In this document: one piece after another, positions 51,200 to 60,636 of the stretch
How positions within the stretch are numbered: position 1 is the stretch's first letter
Layout of the letters: every line of letters begins with the position of its first letter
Assembly (NCBI GenBank): GCA_016182365.1
Contig: JACOXO010000018.1
Location: 1-63,820, forward strand
Source: Candidatus Gottesmanbacteria bacterium
GTDB taxonomy: Bacteria > Patescibacteriota > Microgenomatia > JACOXO01
Direction of reading: 5' to 3'
DNA: 63,820 bases
Notes under the pieces: model-generated
What the model was told of the DNA's origin: nothing
Seen by the model: the letters and a program-made list of their open reading frames with translations, nothing else
Database searches by the model: none
Program-made: the position numbers and the translations under genes

Positions 51200-52918
51200 A
51201 TGGATAACTTAAGACATTCTTGTGCGCATTTGCTTGCTGCAGCTGTTATGCAGTTGTGGCCAAATACAAAAAGGACGATAGGGCCAGCAATTGAAAATGG
51301 GTTTTATTTTGACTTTGATTTCGGCAAAGTTAAGATAAATGATGAAGACCTTCCCAAAATAGAAAAGAAAATGCGCCAGATTCTTCCTACATGGAAAGGG
51401 TTTGAAAGGCATGAGTTATCGACTCAAGATGCTAAAAAAGAATACCCGGGTAATGAATTTAAAGAAGAGTTAATCGATGAATTCACAAAAGATGGGCAAA
51501 AGTTGAGCTTTTATAAATCCGGGGACTACTGGGATCTTTGTAAAGGAGGCCATGTTGAAAATCCTGATAAGGTTTTAGGTAATTTTAAATTGCTTTCAAT
51601 TGCCGGTGCCTATTGGAGAGGAAGTGAGAAGAATAAAATGCTGACAAGAATATATGGAACAGTATTTCCAACAAAAGAAGAACTGGATAAATATCTCTGG
51701 CAGCTTGAAGAAGCTAAAAAGAGGGATCATAAAAAATTAGGCCCAAAACTTGAGCTTTTTATGTTTGACCCTTATAGTCCGGGTATGCCTTATTGGCTGC
51801 CTCATGGAGTAATCGTCTTAAATGAACTTGTCAACTTTTGGAGAGTAGAACATAACAAAAGAGGATATCAGGAGATAAAAACGCCTCTTATTAACAAAAG
51901 GGAACTATATGAAACTTCCGGACACTGGGACCACTACCGGGAAAATATGTTTTTATCTGAGACTTCGGAAAAAGAAATTTATGGTTTAAAACCGATGAAT
52001 TGTCCAAATGCTATGGTTGTGTTTGCCAAAAAGTCTAGAAGCTATCGGGAACTACCTTTGAGGTTATCTGATACCGATACACTGCACAGATATGAAAGAT
52101 CCGGAACATTAAATGGACTTTTTAGAGTAAGGGAATTTTCTCAGGATGATGCCCATATCTTCGTAAGTGAGAATCAGATAAAAGATGAGTATATGCGGAT
52201 ATTTGAAATTACTGAGCTTTTTTATTCTGTCTTTAACATGGAGTATTCATACAGGCTAGGGACAAGACCGGAAAAATTTATGGGTGATAAAAAAGTCTGG
52301 GATCGTGCTGAAAAGGAACTAAAGGCAATCCTTGATAAAAGTGGTAAAAAATACACAGTTTTGGCTGGTGACGGAGCATTTTATGGTCCTAAAATTGATA
52401 TTTTGATGAAAGATTTTTTAGGAAGAGAGTGGCAAATGGGTACGATTCAGCTGGATTTCCAAATTCCTAAGCGCTTTGGCCTTGCCTATCAAGCTGCCGA
52501 CGGAACATTAAAAACACCTGTTGTTATTCATAGGGTAATTTATGGATCACTAGAAAGATTTATAGGGATATTAATAGAACACAGTGCTGGCAACTTTCCA
52601 GACTGGCTCTCCCCAGTACAAATCACTCTTATACCTATAGCCGAAAGGCATAATGATTATGTTAAGAAAATACAAGATGAGCTTTTGAAAAATGGGGTTA
52701 GGGTGAATGTTGATGACAGGGCAGAGCGTATGCAGGCTAGGATTAGAGATGCAACGTTGCAAAAAGTCCCATATATAGGTATAATTGGGGACAGAGAAGC
52801 CAGAAACGAGGCTTTTAGTTTTTCCCTTAGAAATATTAAAGGGGAAGACAAAGGAATAATAACAATCGATGAGTTCATTTCAAAGATTCTCAAGAAGGCC
52901 GTATCAGCCAAGGGGTAA
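51200..52918 (+). CDS. thrS: Threonyl-tRNA synthetase, short form without the N-terminal TGS domain
   Basis: 572 aa. Starts in the editing/SAD domain (HSCAHLLAAAV). Class II core with RVREFSQDDAHIF and GAFYGPKID. C-terminal anticodon-binding domain. Confidence 0.9.
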   Translation: MDNLRHSCAHLLAAAVMQLWPNTKRTIGPAIENGFYFDFDFGKVKINDEDLPKIEKKMRQILPTWKGFERHELSTQDAKKEYPGNEFKEELIDEFTKDGQKLSFYKSGDYWDLCKGGHVENPDKVLGNFKLLSIAGAYWRGSEKNKMLTRIYGTVFPTKEELDKYLWQLEEAKKRDHKKLGPKLELFMFDPYSPGMPYWLPHGVIVLNELVNFWRVEHNKRGYQEIKTPLINKRELYETSGHWDHYRENMFLSETSEKEIYGLKPMNCPNAMVVFAKKSRSYRELPLRLSDTDTLHRYERSGTLNGLFRVREFSQDDAHIFVSENQIKDEYMRIFEITELFYSVFNMEYSYRLGTRPEKFMGDKKVWDRAEKELKAILDKSGKKYTVLAGDGAFYGPKIDILMKDFLGREWQMGTIQLDFQIPKRFGLAYQAADGTLKTPVVIHRVIYGSLERFIGILIEHSAGNFPDWLSPVQITLIPIAERHNDYVKKIQDELLKNGVRVNVDDRAERMQARIRDATLQKVPYIGIIGDREARNEAFSFSLRNIKGEDKGIITIDEFISKILKKAVSAKG

Positions 52919-53534
52919 ATTCTGGAGGATTAATTTTGGTATACAAGCACTAACTGTGCGTCTTCTTGATGAAAAAGGGAAGCAGATTGGTGTTTTTAAT
53001 AAGGCAGAGGCTTTAAGAAGAGCCAAAGAAGCTGGTCTTGATTTAGTTGAAATTGCGCCTCTTGCAAAACCACCTGTTTGTAAAATAATTGATTTTAAAA
53101 AATTTAAGTATATTGAATCTAAAAGAGAAAGAGAGAGTAAGAAAAAAGCAAGGTCAGTTGATTTGAAACAAATTATGCTGTCTCCTTTTATAGGAGAACA
53201 TGATCTTGAAATTAAAGAAAATCGAGCACGCGATTTTTTTGTCAAGGGTGACAGAGTAAAATTTATTGTTAGATTTCACGGAAGACAGCTAGGCAAAAAA
53301 TCATTTGGTTTTGATTTATTAAATAAAGTAATTGCCCATCTACAGGACGTAGCAACAGTTGAAAGAGAAGCAAAATTTGAAGGCCCGCTTTTAACTCTTA
53401 GCTTAATACCTGTTAAAAAAAGGAGAATTGATGAAACAGAAAACAAAAAAAGCAATAACATCCAGATTCCGCTTAACCAAAACAGGAAAACTAATGCGAA
53501 GGCGCCAGAACAGTCGCCATCTTCGCTCAAATAA
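52869..53534 (+). CDS. infC: Translation initiation factor IF-3 with a C-terminal extension
   Basis: RINFGIQALTVRLLDEKGKQIGV...AGLDLVEIAPLAKPPVCKIIDFKKFKY...DLKQIMLSPFIGEHDL...VKFIVRFHGRQ. The usual C-terminal end is near LIPVKKRR, but the frame stays open for 36 more codons. The ATG at 52869 overlaps thrS by 50 nt; the start is uncertain. Confidence 0.8.
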   Translation: MSSFQRFSRRPYQPRGKFWRINFGIQALTVRLLDEKGKQIGVFNKAEALRRAKEAGLDLVEIAPLAKPPVCKIIDFKKFKYIESKRERESKKKARSVDLKQIMLSPFIGEHDLEIKENRARDFFVKGDRVKFIVRFHGRQLGKKSFGFDLLNKVIAHLQDVATVEREAKFEGPLLTLSLIPVKKRRIDETENKKSNNIQIPLNQNRKTNAKAPEQSPSSLK

Positions 53535-53622
53535 AAACAAAAGACAAAAGAGAAAATTTAAGGTAGCAACAACAGTCTCACCAGTGTTCGCCAAAAAGAT
53601 TACTAAATTAATAAATATCTAA
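53431..53622 (+). CDS. rpmI: 50S ribosomal protein L35
   Basis: MKQKTKKAITSRFRLTKTGKLMRRRQNSRHL. SD AGGAG 5 nt upstream. The first 104 nt overlap the infC frame. Confidence 0.85.
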   Translation: MKQKTKKAITSRFRLTKTGKLMRRRQNSRHLRSNKNKRQKRKFKVATTVSPVFAKKITKLINI

Positions 53623-53626
53623 AATT

Positions 53627-53974
53627 ATGGCGCGCGTTAAAAGAGGAATTGTCGTTAAAAGAAAACATAAGAAGATGCTTTCAATGGCTAAAGGCTATAG
53701 AGGATCAAGAAGTAAGATATATAGGAGAGCTCATGAAGCTGTTCTTCATGCAGGAGAATACGCTTTCGCAGGAAGAAAACTTAAAAAAAGAGATTTTAGA
53801 GCTCTTTGGATTACCCACATCTCACAGGCTGCAAAACTAAATAATATTTCATATTCCAAATTTATGGATCTCTTAAGAGAGAAAAATATAGCGTTAAATA
53901 GAAAAATGCTTAATGAGTTGGTTGTGAATGACAACAATAGCTTTAAAAAGTTAGTGCAAATAGTTAAGGCCTGA
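53627..53974 (+). CDS. rplT: 50S ribosomal protein L20
   Basis: MARVKRGIVVKRKHKKMLSMAKGYRGSRSKIYRRA...RDFRALWITHISQAAK. Confidence 0.9.
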   Translation: MARVKRGIVVKRKHKKMLSMAKGYRGSRSKIYRRAHEAVLHAGEYAFAGRKLKKRDFRALWITHISQAAKLNNISYSKFMDLLREKNIALNRKMLNELVVNDNNSFKKLVQIVKA

Positions 53975-53986
53975 TATAATCTCCTT

Positions 53987-55012
53987 ATGACTCTACGTGA
54001 AGAACTTCTTCATCTTAAAAACGAATCGCTGGGATCTATCACAAATGCTTCAACTGTTTTGGAGCTTGAAGAAATTAGAATCGAATATTTAGGCAAAAAA
54101 GGCAAAATTGCAGAGATGTTTAAAAAGGTTCCTCATTTAGAAGATGAGGAGAAAATAGCCATAGGAAAACTTGCCAATGAGGTCAAAATTATTTTAGAAA
54201 ATGCTTTTGAGGATAGCAAACAGAGTTTAACAAAAAAGGCGTATGAACAGGACGTCAAGAACGAAGAAATTGACGTTACAGCACCATCTATTAAACCTCA
54301 GTTTGGAAGAATCCATCCGGTAACTCAAGTCGTTTGGGAACTTAAAGAAGCATTTGAAAAATTAGGATACCAAATAATGGAGGGAGGGGAAATTGAGACA
54401 GAATGGTATAACTTTACTGCCCTAAATATTCCTCCTAATCACCCCGCCCGTGATCTCCAAGATACATTTTGGATTGATGATATTATTCTTCCTAGAACTC
54501 ACACTTCAAGTATGCAAGTAAGAACAATGGAGAAATTAAAACCTCCTTTTAAGGTAGCAGTTCCCGGATGGGTTTATAGATGTGAAAGGGAAGATGCAAC
54601 TCATGCTAGCCAGTTCTGGCATTTTGAAGGTTTTGTTGTTGGTAAAAATATATCATTTTCAGATTTAAAAGGCACTTTGACACTTCTTATGAGATCGGTT
54701 CTGGGCCAAAATTCACAGCTTAAGTTTAGAGCTAGCTATTTTCCTTATGTTGAACCGTGCGCTGAGATGAGCGCATCTTGTCCGCATTGCAATATGAAAG
54801 GTTGCACTGCTTGTGGTGGATCTGGCTGGTTAGAAATACTAGGATCAGGAATGATTCATCCTAAAGTATTGGAAAATGCCGGCATTGACCCTAAAGTATA
54901 TAACGGGTTTGCATTCTGTCCCGGTCCAACCAGACTAGCAATGATTAAATACAAAATTAATGACATCCGCTTATTAACAGGTGGAGATATACGTTTTCTT
55001 AAGCAGTTCTAG
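53987..55012 (+). CDS. pheS: Phenylalanyl-tRNA synthetase alpha subunit
   Basis: 341 aa. NIPPNHPARDLQDTFW; RTHTSSMQVR; class II motifs; GFAFCPGPTRLAM. Confidence 0.9.
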   Translation: MTLREELLHLKNESLGSITNASTVLELEEIRIEYLGKKGKIAEMFKKVPHLEDEEKIAIGKLANEVKIILENAFEDSKQSLTKKAYEQDVKNEEIDVTAPSIKPQFGRIHPVTQVVWELKEAFEKLGYQIMEGGEIETEWYNFTALNIPPNHPARDLQDTFWIDDIILPRTHTSSMQVRTMEKLKPPFKVAVPGWVYRCEREDATHASQFWHFEGFVVGKNISFSDLKGTLTLLMRSVLGQNSQLKFRASYFPYVEPCAEMSASCPHCNMKGCTACGGSGWLEILGSGMIHPKVLENAGIDPKVYNGFAFCPGPTRLAMIKYKINDIRLLTGGDIRFLKQF

Positions 55013-55015
55013 AAT

Positions 55016-57022
55016 ATGATTATTTCTCTAGATTGGTTATCAGATTTTATTAAATTAAATAGATCTCCTAAGGAGATTGCTGATAAGATAACTCTATCTT
55101 TATCAGAAGTTGAGAAAATAGAGAAAAAAAGGAGTGATACGATTTTGGAAATTGAAAATAAGGCCCTAACACACAGGCCTGACTGTTTTTCCCAATTAGG
55201 CCTGGCGAGAGAAATAGCTGCATATTTTAACACTCCACTAAACGATCCATTGCACAAGCTTACAAATACTAAAATTAAAAAACCTAATAAAAACCTGAAT
55301 TTATCAGTTTCGCTGAAGAACCCTGAAGATATTCCTAGATATTGCACTATTGTTCTTTCTACTATAAAAGTAAAAACTTCACCAGAATTCATACAGAAAC
55401 GGCTTATTTCCTGCGGCATACGGCCAATAAACAATGTTGTAGATATAACTAATTATGTCATGCTAGAACTGGGACAACCATTGCACGCGTATGATTATGA
55501 TAAAGTGGATGGCCATAAAATTGAGGTTAGAAAAGCTAGCAAAGGTGAGACTATCGTTACTCTTGACTCGGTTGCAAGAAATCTTGATAAAACTATGGTA
55601 GTTATCGCCGATGATAAAAAAGTGTTGCTATTGGGTGGTGTGATGGGTGGTAAAGACAGCGAAGTAAATGGCGATACTAAAACAATAATATTGGAGAGTG
55701 CAACTTTTGATGGAAAAACAACAAGAATAACTTCCAAAAAAGTTGGTCTTAGGACAGATGGCTCAACAAGATATGAAAAAAACATTGATCCTAATTTGGC
55801 TTATGCAGGATTGGTCAGGGCTGCTGAACTTTTAGAGAAATTTGCTGGAGCAAAAGTAGCATCAAAGTTATTTGATATTCATTACGGATTGCCAAATCCC
55901 AAGGTAATTGAAGTAGAAACAGACAGGTTAAACACAATTCTAGGTCTTAGTTTAAAACCGGAAGATATAAAGAATTTATTGGAAAGACTCAAATTAAAAA
56001 CAGAGATTAAAGATAAACTATTAACAATAACTATTCCCACATACAGAAGAGATTTATCAATGGAGGCTGATATCGCCGAAGAAGTGGCAAGAATATATGG
56101 ATATGATGAAATCCCAACAACACTACCTAAAGGAGATATTATTCCACCATTTAAAAATCCTGTCATCGAAGGGCAATATCAAATTAAAAATATTTTAATG
56201 GGACTGGGACTTTACGAAGTTCATCTTCCTAGTTTAATAGGCAATGAAACAATTTCACTCCTTGGTGAGGATAAGGAAAAGCACATAAAACTTCTTAACC
56301 CTACAAGTCCTGAAAAAACATATTTTAAAAGAAGTTTAATTGAATCTCTTGTACTTGCTGCAGAATTGAATTCTAAATACTTTAACAATTTTGGAATTTT
56401 TGAAGTTGGAAGAGTTTACGAAAAAACTCAAAAAGGAAAACTTCCTAATGAGAGGATAAAAGTAGGCGCTATATTTTTATATCCAAAAACTGATGATATT
56501 GGAAATTCTTTTTACAAAGTAAAAGGCATTATTGAAGAACTACTTAATATATTAAGTATTCCTCTACCAGAATTTAATCCATTAGATAAGCATCAGGTTT
56601 TCCAAAAAGGAATAACTGCAAAAGTTGGAGATTACGGAATTGTAGGAAAAATTAATCCTCAAATTTCAGATTGGATTTCCAAAGAATCTAACGTTTTTGG
56701 CTTTGAATTGGATTTTAAAATGCTCATAAGTAAAAGGGTAGGGAAGTACTATAAACAAATTTCGAATAATCCTGCAATTATTGAAGATTTTACTTTTGAA
56801 TTTGCAAAAATACCTTTGATAGGATATTTGCTTTCAGAAATAAAATCATCTGATCAACTTATTAATCAAATAGATATTGTGGGAACTTATAATAATTCGA
56901 TAACAGTAAGAGTCTATTTCCAGGACCCCAATAAATCCCTGTCATCAAAAGAAATAGATCCATTTAGAAAAAAGTTAATTGAATTAATTGGAGAAAAATT
57001 TAAAGGAAAAATTAAAACTTAA
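55016..57022 (+). CDS. pheT: Phenylalanyl-tRNA synthetase beta subunit, short form
   Basis: 668 aa. MIISLDWLSDFIKL start; B3/4 domain (NNVVDITNYVMLELGQPLHAYD); B5 (RRDLSMEADIAEEVARIYGYD); FDX-ACB end. About 120 aa shorter than typical (no OB tRNA-binding insert). Confidence 0.85.
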   Translation: MIISLDWLSDFIKLNRSPKEIADKITLSLSEVEKIEKKRSDTILEIENKALTHRPDCFSQLGLAREIAAYFNTPLNDPLHKLTNTKIKKPNKNLNLSVSLKNPEDIPRYCTIVLSTIKVKTSPEFIQKRLISCGIRPINNVVDITNYVMLELGQPLHAYDYDKVDGHKIEVRKASKGETIVTLDSVARNLDKTMVVIADDKKVLLLGGVMGGKDSEVNGDTKTIILESATFDGKTTRITSKKVGLRTDGSTRYEKNIDPNLAYAGLVRAAELLEKFAGAKVASKLFDIHYGLPNPKVIEVETDRLNTILGLSLKPEDIKNLLERLKLKTEIKDKLLTITIPTYRRDLSMEADIAEEVARIYGYDEIPTTLPKGDIIPPFKNPVIEGQYQIKNILMGLGLYEVHLPSLIGNETISLLGEDKEKHIKLLNPTSPEKTYFKRSLIESLVLAAELNSKYFNNFGIFEVGRVYEKTQKGKLPNERIKVGAIFLYPKTDDIGNSFYKVKGIIEELLNILSIPLPEFNPLDKHQVFQKGITAKVGDYGIVGKINPQISDWISKESNVFGFELDFKMLISKRVGKYYKQISNNPAIIEDFTFEFAKIPLIGYLLSEIKSSDQLINQIDIVGTYNNSITVRVYFQDPNKSLSSKEIDPFRKKLIELIGEKFKGKIKT

Positions 57023-57198
57023 TTTATGTTATAATAAATTTTATGAGCAAACAAAAACAAACAAGCTTAAAAAAAAGAATTTTGAAATTTATTACTGAAG
57101 TTATAGATTCGTTAAGCTACCTTTTTTCAGGCTGGTAGCTTATGGCGTAAGAGTGGAGGTGTTTGACAATTCTTGGCTACACCTGGAATTTATAAAGG

Positions 57199-57846
57199 CT
57201 ATCTGTTTCTTAAAACGCTCATAGAAGCCTCTCCGAAAGTAAAGACGTTTATACGGTTTAAAATTCTTCCGGGAAGATTGCCTGAACCATTTATTCCAAA
57301 ATTGTCAACTGAATTAGTCCAGTTTAAATTATCCGGAATATCAAATAATAATTGAGCTAGGCGCTGAAGATTATTTGGGTGAATCTCCTTTGGATGCGTT
57401 GGTTTAAGTACAACAAAGTTAGCTAAGTTTTCTTTTCCATCAATTAATTCCATACTAATCCCGGTTAACATTCTAAAAGAGACAGGATTGCCTTGTGGAT
57501 CGTAAAGACGATTTAAGTCTGGATAATCTACTATCTTTAAATCATCTATGGCAAAATTAAACGAACTTAGGTTTCCCCTTCTAATGGCTAAACCGGAAGC
57601 TGAATTCAGTCTTTCAGTTAATTGACGATCCCCCCAAAAAGAGCTATTAATCAATGTAGGATTTAGAGTACTCTGGATAATTTCTGTGGTTAACTTGGCA
57701 TCTTCCCGGCTTAGCGAAAAATCTTCAAACGCCAATTGTAATTCTGCTAAACCTATTTCATTAGCTAGAGTATAATATGCAGCCGATGCAGCAATTAAAC
57801 CAGTAGCTACTAAGAAACCTCTTCTTTGTATATTTCGCTCTGTCAT
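57199..57846 (-). CDS. Hypothetical exported protein with a twin-arginine-like signal
   Basis: 215 aa. N-terminal MTERNIQRRGFLVATGLIAASAAYYTLA (RRxFL plus an h-region). Confidence 0.5.
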   Translation of the reverse strand: MTERNIQRRGFLVATGLIAASAAYYTLANEIGLAELQLAFEDFSLSREDAKLTTEIIQSTLNPTLINSSFWGDRQLTERLNSASGLAIRRGNLSSFNFAIDDLKIVDYPDLNRLYDPQGNPVSFRMLTGISMELIDGKENLANFVVLKPTHPKEIHPNNLQRLAQLLFDIPDNLNWTNSVDNFGINGSGNLPGRILNRINVFTFGEASMSVLRNR

Positions 57847-57859
57847 GCGCTATATTATA

Positions 57860-60442
57860 TCAGAGTGTTGGGGTGGGGGTGGTTTGCCAGTCGGATTTTA
57901 CTCCAATTTTAACTTCTCTAGATCCATTATTCCCTTGATTGTCAAAAGCTGTAATTTTAACAGTATGCGGGCCGGTAGTCATATTAAATACCTCGTTTAT
58001 CGAATCTCCGTTTACGGTTTTTTTAAGTCCTCCATCAATTTCAATTTCCAGTTTTGATATACCGTTTAGGGAAACTCCCTTTGCCTGAATTGTTATGTCA
58101 TTGGTATCGTATCTTTTCTCTTGATCCGGCTCATGTAGCTCAACAACAACACTATTGTTTGACCCATCGCTATTATCTGTTGGTGGATGAAATTTAGAAT
58201 CGGACTGGGTAGACAGCCAGGTGTTAATTCCTTCTTGGTATCTGTTTCTACCATCTGTTGATAGGGGATCGTTTTCAGCAAAAACAATAAATTCTTTTTC
58301 TTCATAATTCCCACTGGCTACTTCGACTTCGTTTGCCAGTTTTCCAGTTGATTTTGAAATTTTAATTTTTTTATAAATTGCGCTTTGAGTCGTAGGCTCT
58401 GTGCCTTTCTTATAAAATTCTTTTCTGATAGGGTAGCCTTCTTTGGGGAGACCGCCTCCATACGCGTCTATATCAAGTTCAACAATATTATCCGGTTTTT
58501 TAAACGCTTCTTTTGGATATTTTTTTAGAGCCTCCTGCATTATCCTGTTCCATATTGGAGCGGCCCCAGTAACACCCGAGGCAAGTGTAGGGCTCATTTG
58601 CGTGTTATCATTATTGCCAACCCAAGCACCAATAACAATTGAGGGAACATAGCCGACTGTCCAGTTATCTTTTTTATCATCTGTAGTACCTGTTTTTACT
58701 GCAACTCCGTCAATATTAAGCCAGGAATTGGGGCCAAACACATCAATTCTGGCATTATTATCGGAAAGTATGTTGGAAATTAAGAATGATACATCCTCAC
58801 CTAATACTGTTTTTCCTTTTGTAGGTTTATCTTGATAAAGTATTTTGCCGCTGCTATCGGTAACTTTTAATATTGATACAGGTTCATGAAATTGTCCATT
58901 TGTTGCGAATACGCCGAATGCATTAACAAGCTCCAGAAGTGTTACTTCTCCTCCCCCTAGAGTTACAGATAAACCAAAACGGTTGACGTTGTCTTGAGTT
59001 GGAGCAAGGCTTGTTAAACCCATATTAAAGGCAGTTGATAGCAAATCTTCAACACCAACATAAGATAATAACTTTACAGCTGACATGTTGATAGAATTAC
59101 CAAGAGCTTGGCGAAGCTGTATAGGTCCTCTAAATTTTCCATCATAGTTTTTAGGTTCATACTCTTTCTCCCCAGCGCCTCCGGGAAATTTAGTAGGCAC
59201 ATCCATAATAATTGATGAGGGAGTAAACCCTTTTTTAAATGCTGCTGCGTATGTTATTGGTTTTAAAGTACTTCCAGGCTGTCTCAAAGCTGTGGTTACA
59301 TTATAATTTCCATCCTCATCAGTTGCAAAGTAATCTTTAGATCCTATCATTACCAGTATTTCACCGGTGTTTGGATCCATAGCAAGCGCGGCTCCATTTC
59401 CAACTTGTAAACCTTTAGCTTTTTCAACTTCTTCAAAAACTGCCTGTTGCGATTTTTCCTGTAATTCATAATCAAGGGTTGTAAAAACCCTCAAACCATC
59501 TTCTTCGATGCTTTTTTCTCCGAACCTGTCTAATAACTGCTCCCGAACATACATTACAAAATGGGGCGCCAATATGTCTTTTCTTTGCGGTTGGAAAGAA
59601 AGACCGGGAAGCTCTTTTTTTGCCGCTTCTTCCTCTTCCTTGGTTATATACCCATCTTCCCTCATACGTCTTAAAACATCCCCGCCCCTTGCAATATATG
59701 CTTTAGAATCTCCGGTATACGGTGAATAGAAGCTGGGACGCTGGGGGATTCCGGCAAGTACAGCAGATTCTGATAATGTTAAATCTTTTGCCCTCTTACC
59801 AAAATAGTCTTGTGAAGCAACTTCAATTCCGGCTGCAGTTCCTCCGTAAGGTACTTCATTTAAATACATTTGCAGAATTTCGTCTTTTGAGTACCGCCTT
59901 TCAATTTCAACAGAAAGAATAAACTCCTTTATTTTCCTAGGAACGCTTCTTTCGTTGGATAATAGCGCATTTTTAACAAGTTGCTGGGTTAGAGTAGAAC
60001 CTCCTTCAGTCCTTCCTTTTATAAGTGGGCTTATAATCAGTCCGCGGAGAAGTCCGGGAATGGAAAAACCTTTGTGTTTGTAAAAATCCTTATCTTCAAT
60101 TGCAACTGTTGCGTTTTTAAGATGATCAGGAACTTCACTCAAGCCAACAGGAACTCTATTCTCATCTTTATAGATATCATAAAGAACTTTGCCGTTTCTA
60201 TCGTAGATAATTGTAGATAGACCGCTTGTTCTCCTTATCTGGTCAGGTTTCGGAAGATCTCTGCCATACCAGACAAAAAGGAAAGCTGTAGCGATAAATC
60301 CGAGAATTAATAAAATTAATATCGCTAAAGTTGCGTACCTAAGTATGGCTGCTTTTGAAAATGTAAATTTCCTCATGTTAAATCTTCTCCCATTGGAACG
60401 GTAATCAAAATTATTTGGCGTACGGGATATCATTATCTCCAA
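57860..60442 (-). CDS. Class A penicillin-binding protein (PBP1A: GT51 transglycosylase plus transpeptidase) with a C-terminal Ig-like domain
   Basis: 860 aa. GT51 motifs EDKDFYKHKGF, GGSTLTQQLVKN, RKIKE. Transpeptidase STLKP (SxxK), SIN (SxN), KTGT. An alternative start at 60376 (MRKFTF) precedes the TM segment. Confidence 0.9.
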   Translation of the reverse strand: MEIMISRTPNNFDYRSNGRRFNMRKFTFSKAAILRYATLAILILLILGFIATAFLFVWYGRDLPKPDQIRRTSGLSTIIYDRNGKVLYDIYKDENRVPVGLSEVPDHLKNATVAIEDKDFYKHKGFSIPGLLRGLIISPLIKGRTEGGSTLTQQLVKNALLSNERSVPRKIKEFILSVEIERRYSKDEILQMYLNEVPYGGTAAGIEVASQDYFGKRAKDLTLSESAVLAGIPQRPSFYSPYTGDSKAYIARGGDVLRRMREDGYITKEEEEAAKKELPGLSFQPQRKDILAPHFVMYVREQLLDRFGEKSIEEDGLRVFTTLDYELQEKSQQAVFEEVEKAKGLQVGNGAALAMDPNTGEILVMIGSKDYFATDEDGNYNVTTALRQPGSTLKPITYAAAFKKGFTPSSIIMDVPTKFPGGAGEKEYEPKNYDGKFRGPIQLRQALGNSINMSAVKLLSYVGVEDLLSTAFNMGLTSLAPTQDNVNRFGLSVTLGGGEVTLLELVNAFGVFATNGQFHEPVSILKVTDSSGKILYQDKPTKGKTVLGEDVSFLISNILSDNNARIDVFGPNSWLNIDGVAVKTGTTDDKKDNWTVGYVPSIVIGAWVGNNDNTQMSPTLASGVTGAAPIWNRIMQEALKKYPKEAFKKPDNIVELDIDAYGGGLPKEGYPIRKEFYKKGTEPTTQSAIYKKIKISKSTGKLANEVEVASGNYEEKEFIVFAENDPLSTDGRNRYQEGINTWLSTQSDSKFHPPTDNSDGSNNSVVVELHEPDQEKRYDTNDITIQAKGVSLNGISKLEIEIDGGLKKTVNGDSINEVFNMTTGPHTVKITAFDNQGNNGSREVKIGVKSDWQTTPTPTL

Positions 60443-60471
60443 TTATTCCAAACTCAAGCTTAATATGCAAA

Positions 60472-60636
60472 TTATTTATTGAAGTTAAAGCGGAGAATTT
60501 CGAAATCAAGAATATTTATCTTATTATCTTTGTTAAAATCAGCACTTAAATTTATCCCATTTTGATTAAATTGAGATCTTAAAATTTCAAAATCTAAAAT
60601 ATTTACTTTACCATGGCGGTATTTGTGTAATTTTTT
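60472..60636 (-). pseudogene. Dockerin module out of frame with the upstream glycosidase ORF
   Basis: Part of track ORF 60472..60702: HGKVNILDFEILRSQFNQNGINLSADFNKDNKINILDFEILRFNFNK, two dockerin repeats. Joined to the 60608..62278 frame by a 1-nt shift at the A6 run (60631-60636). Confidence 0.6.

Noticed and set aside
57044-57142. 31-codon ORF MSKQKQTSLKKRILKFITEVIDSLSYLFSGW with a 9-bp hairpin (57113-57142) after pheT
   Set aside because: There is no SD, no conservation argument and no T-tract on either strand. It might be a 3' structure of the pheST transcript, but I cannot support a gene or terminator call.
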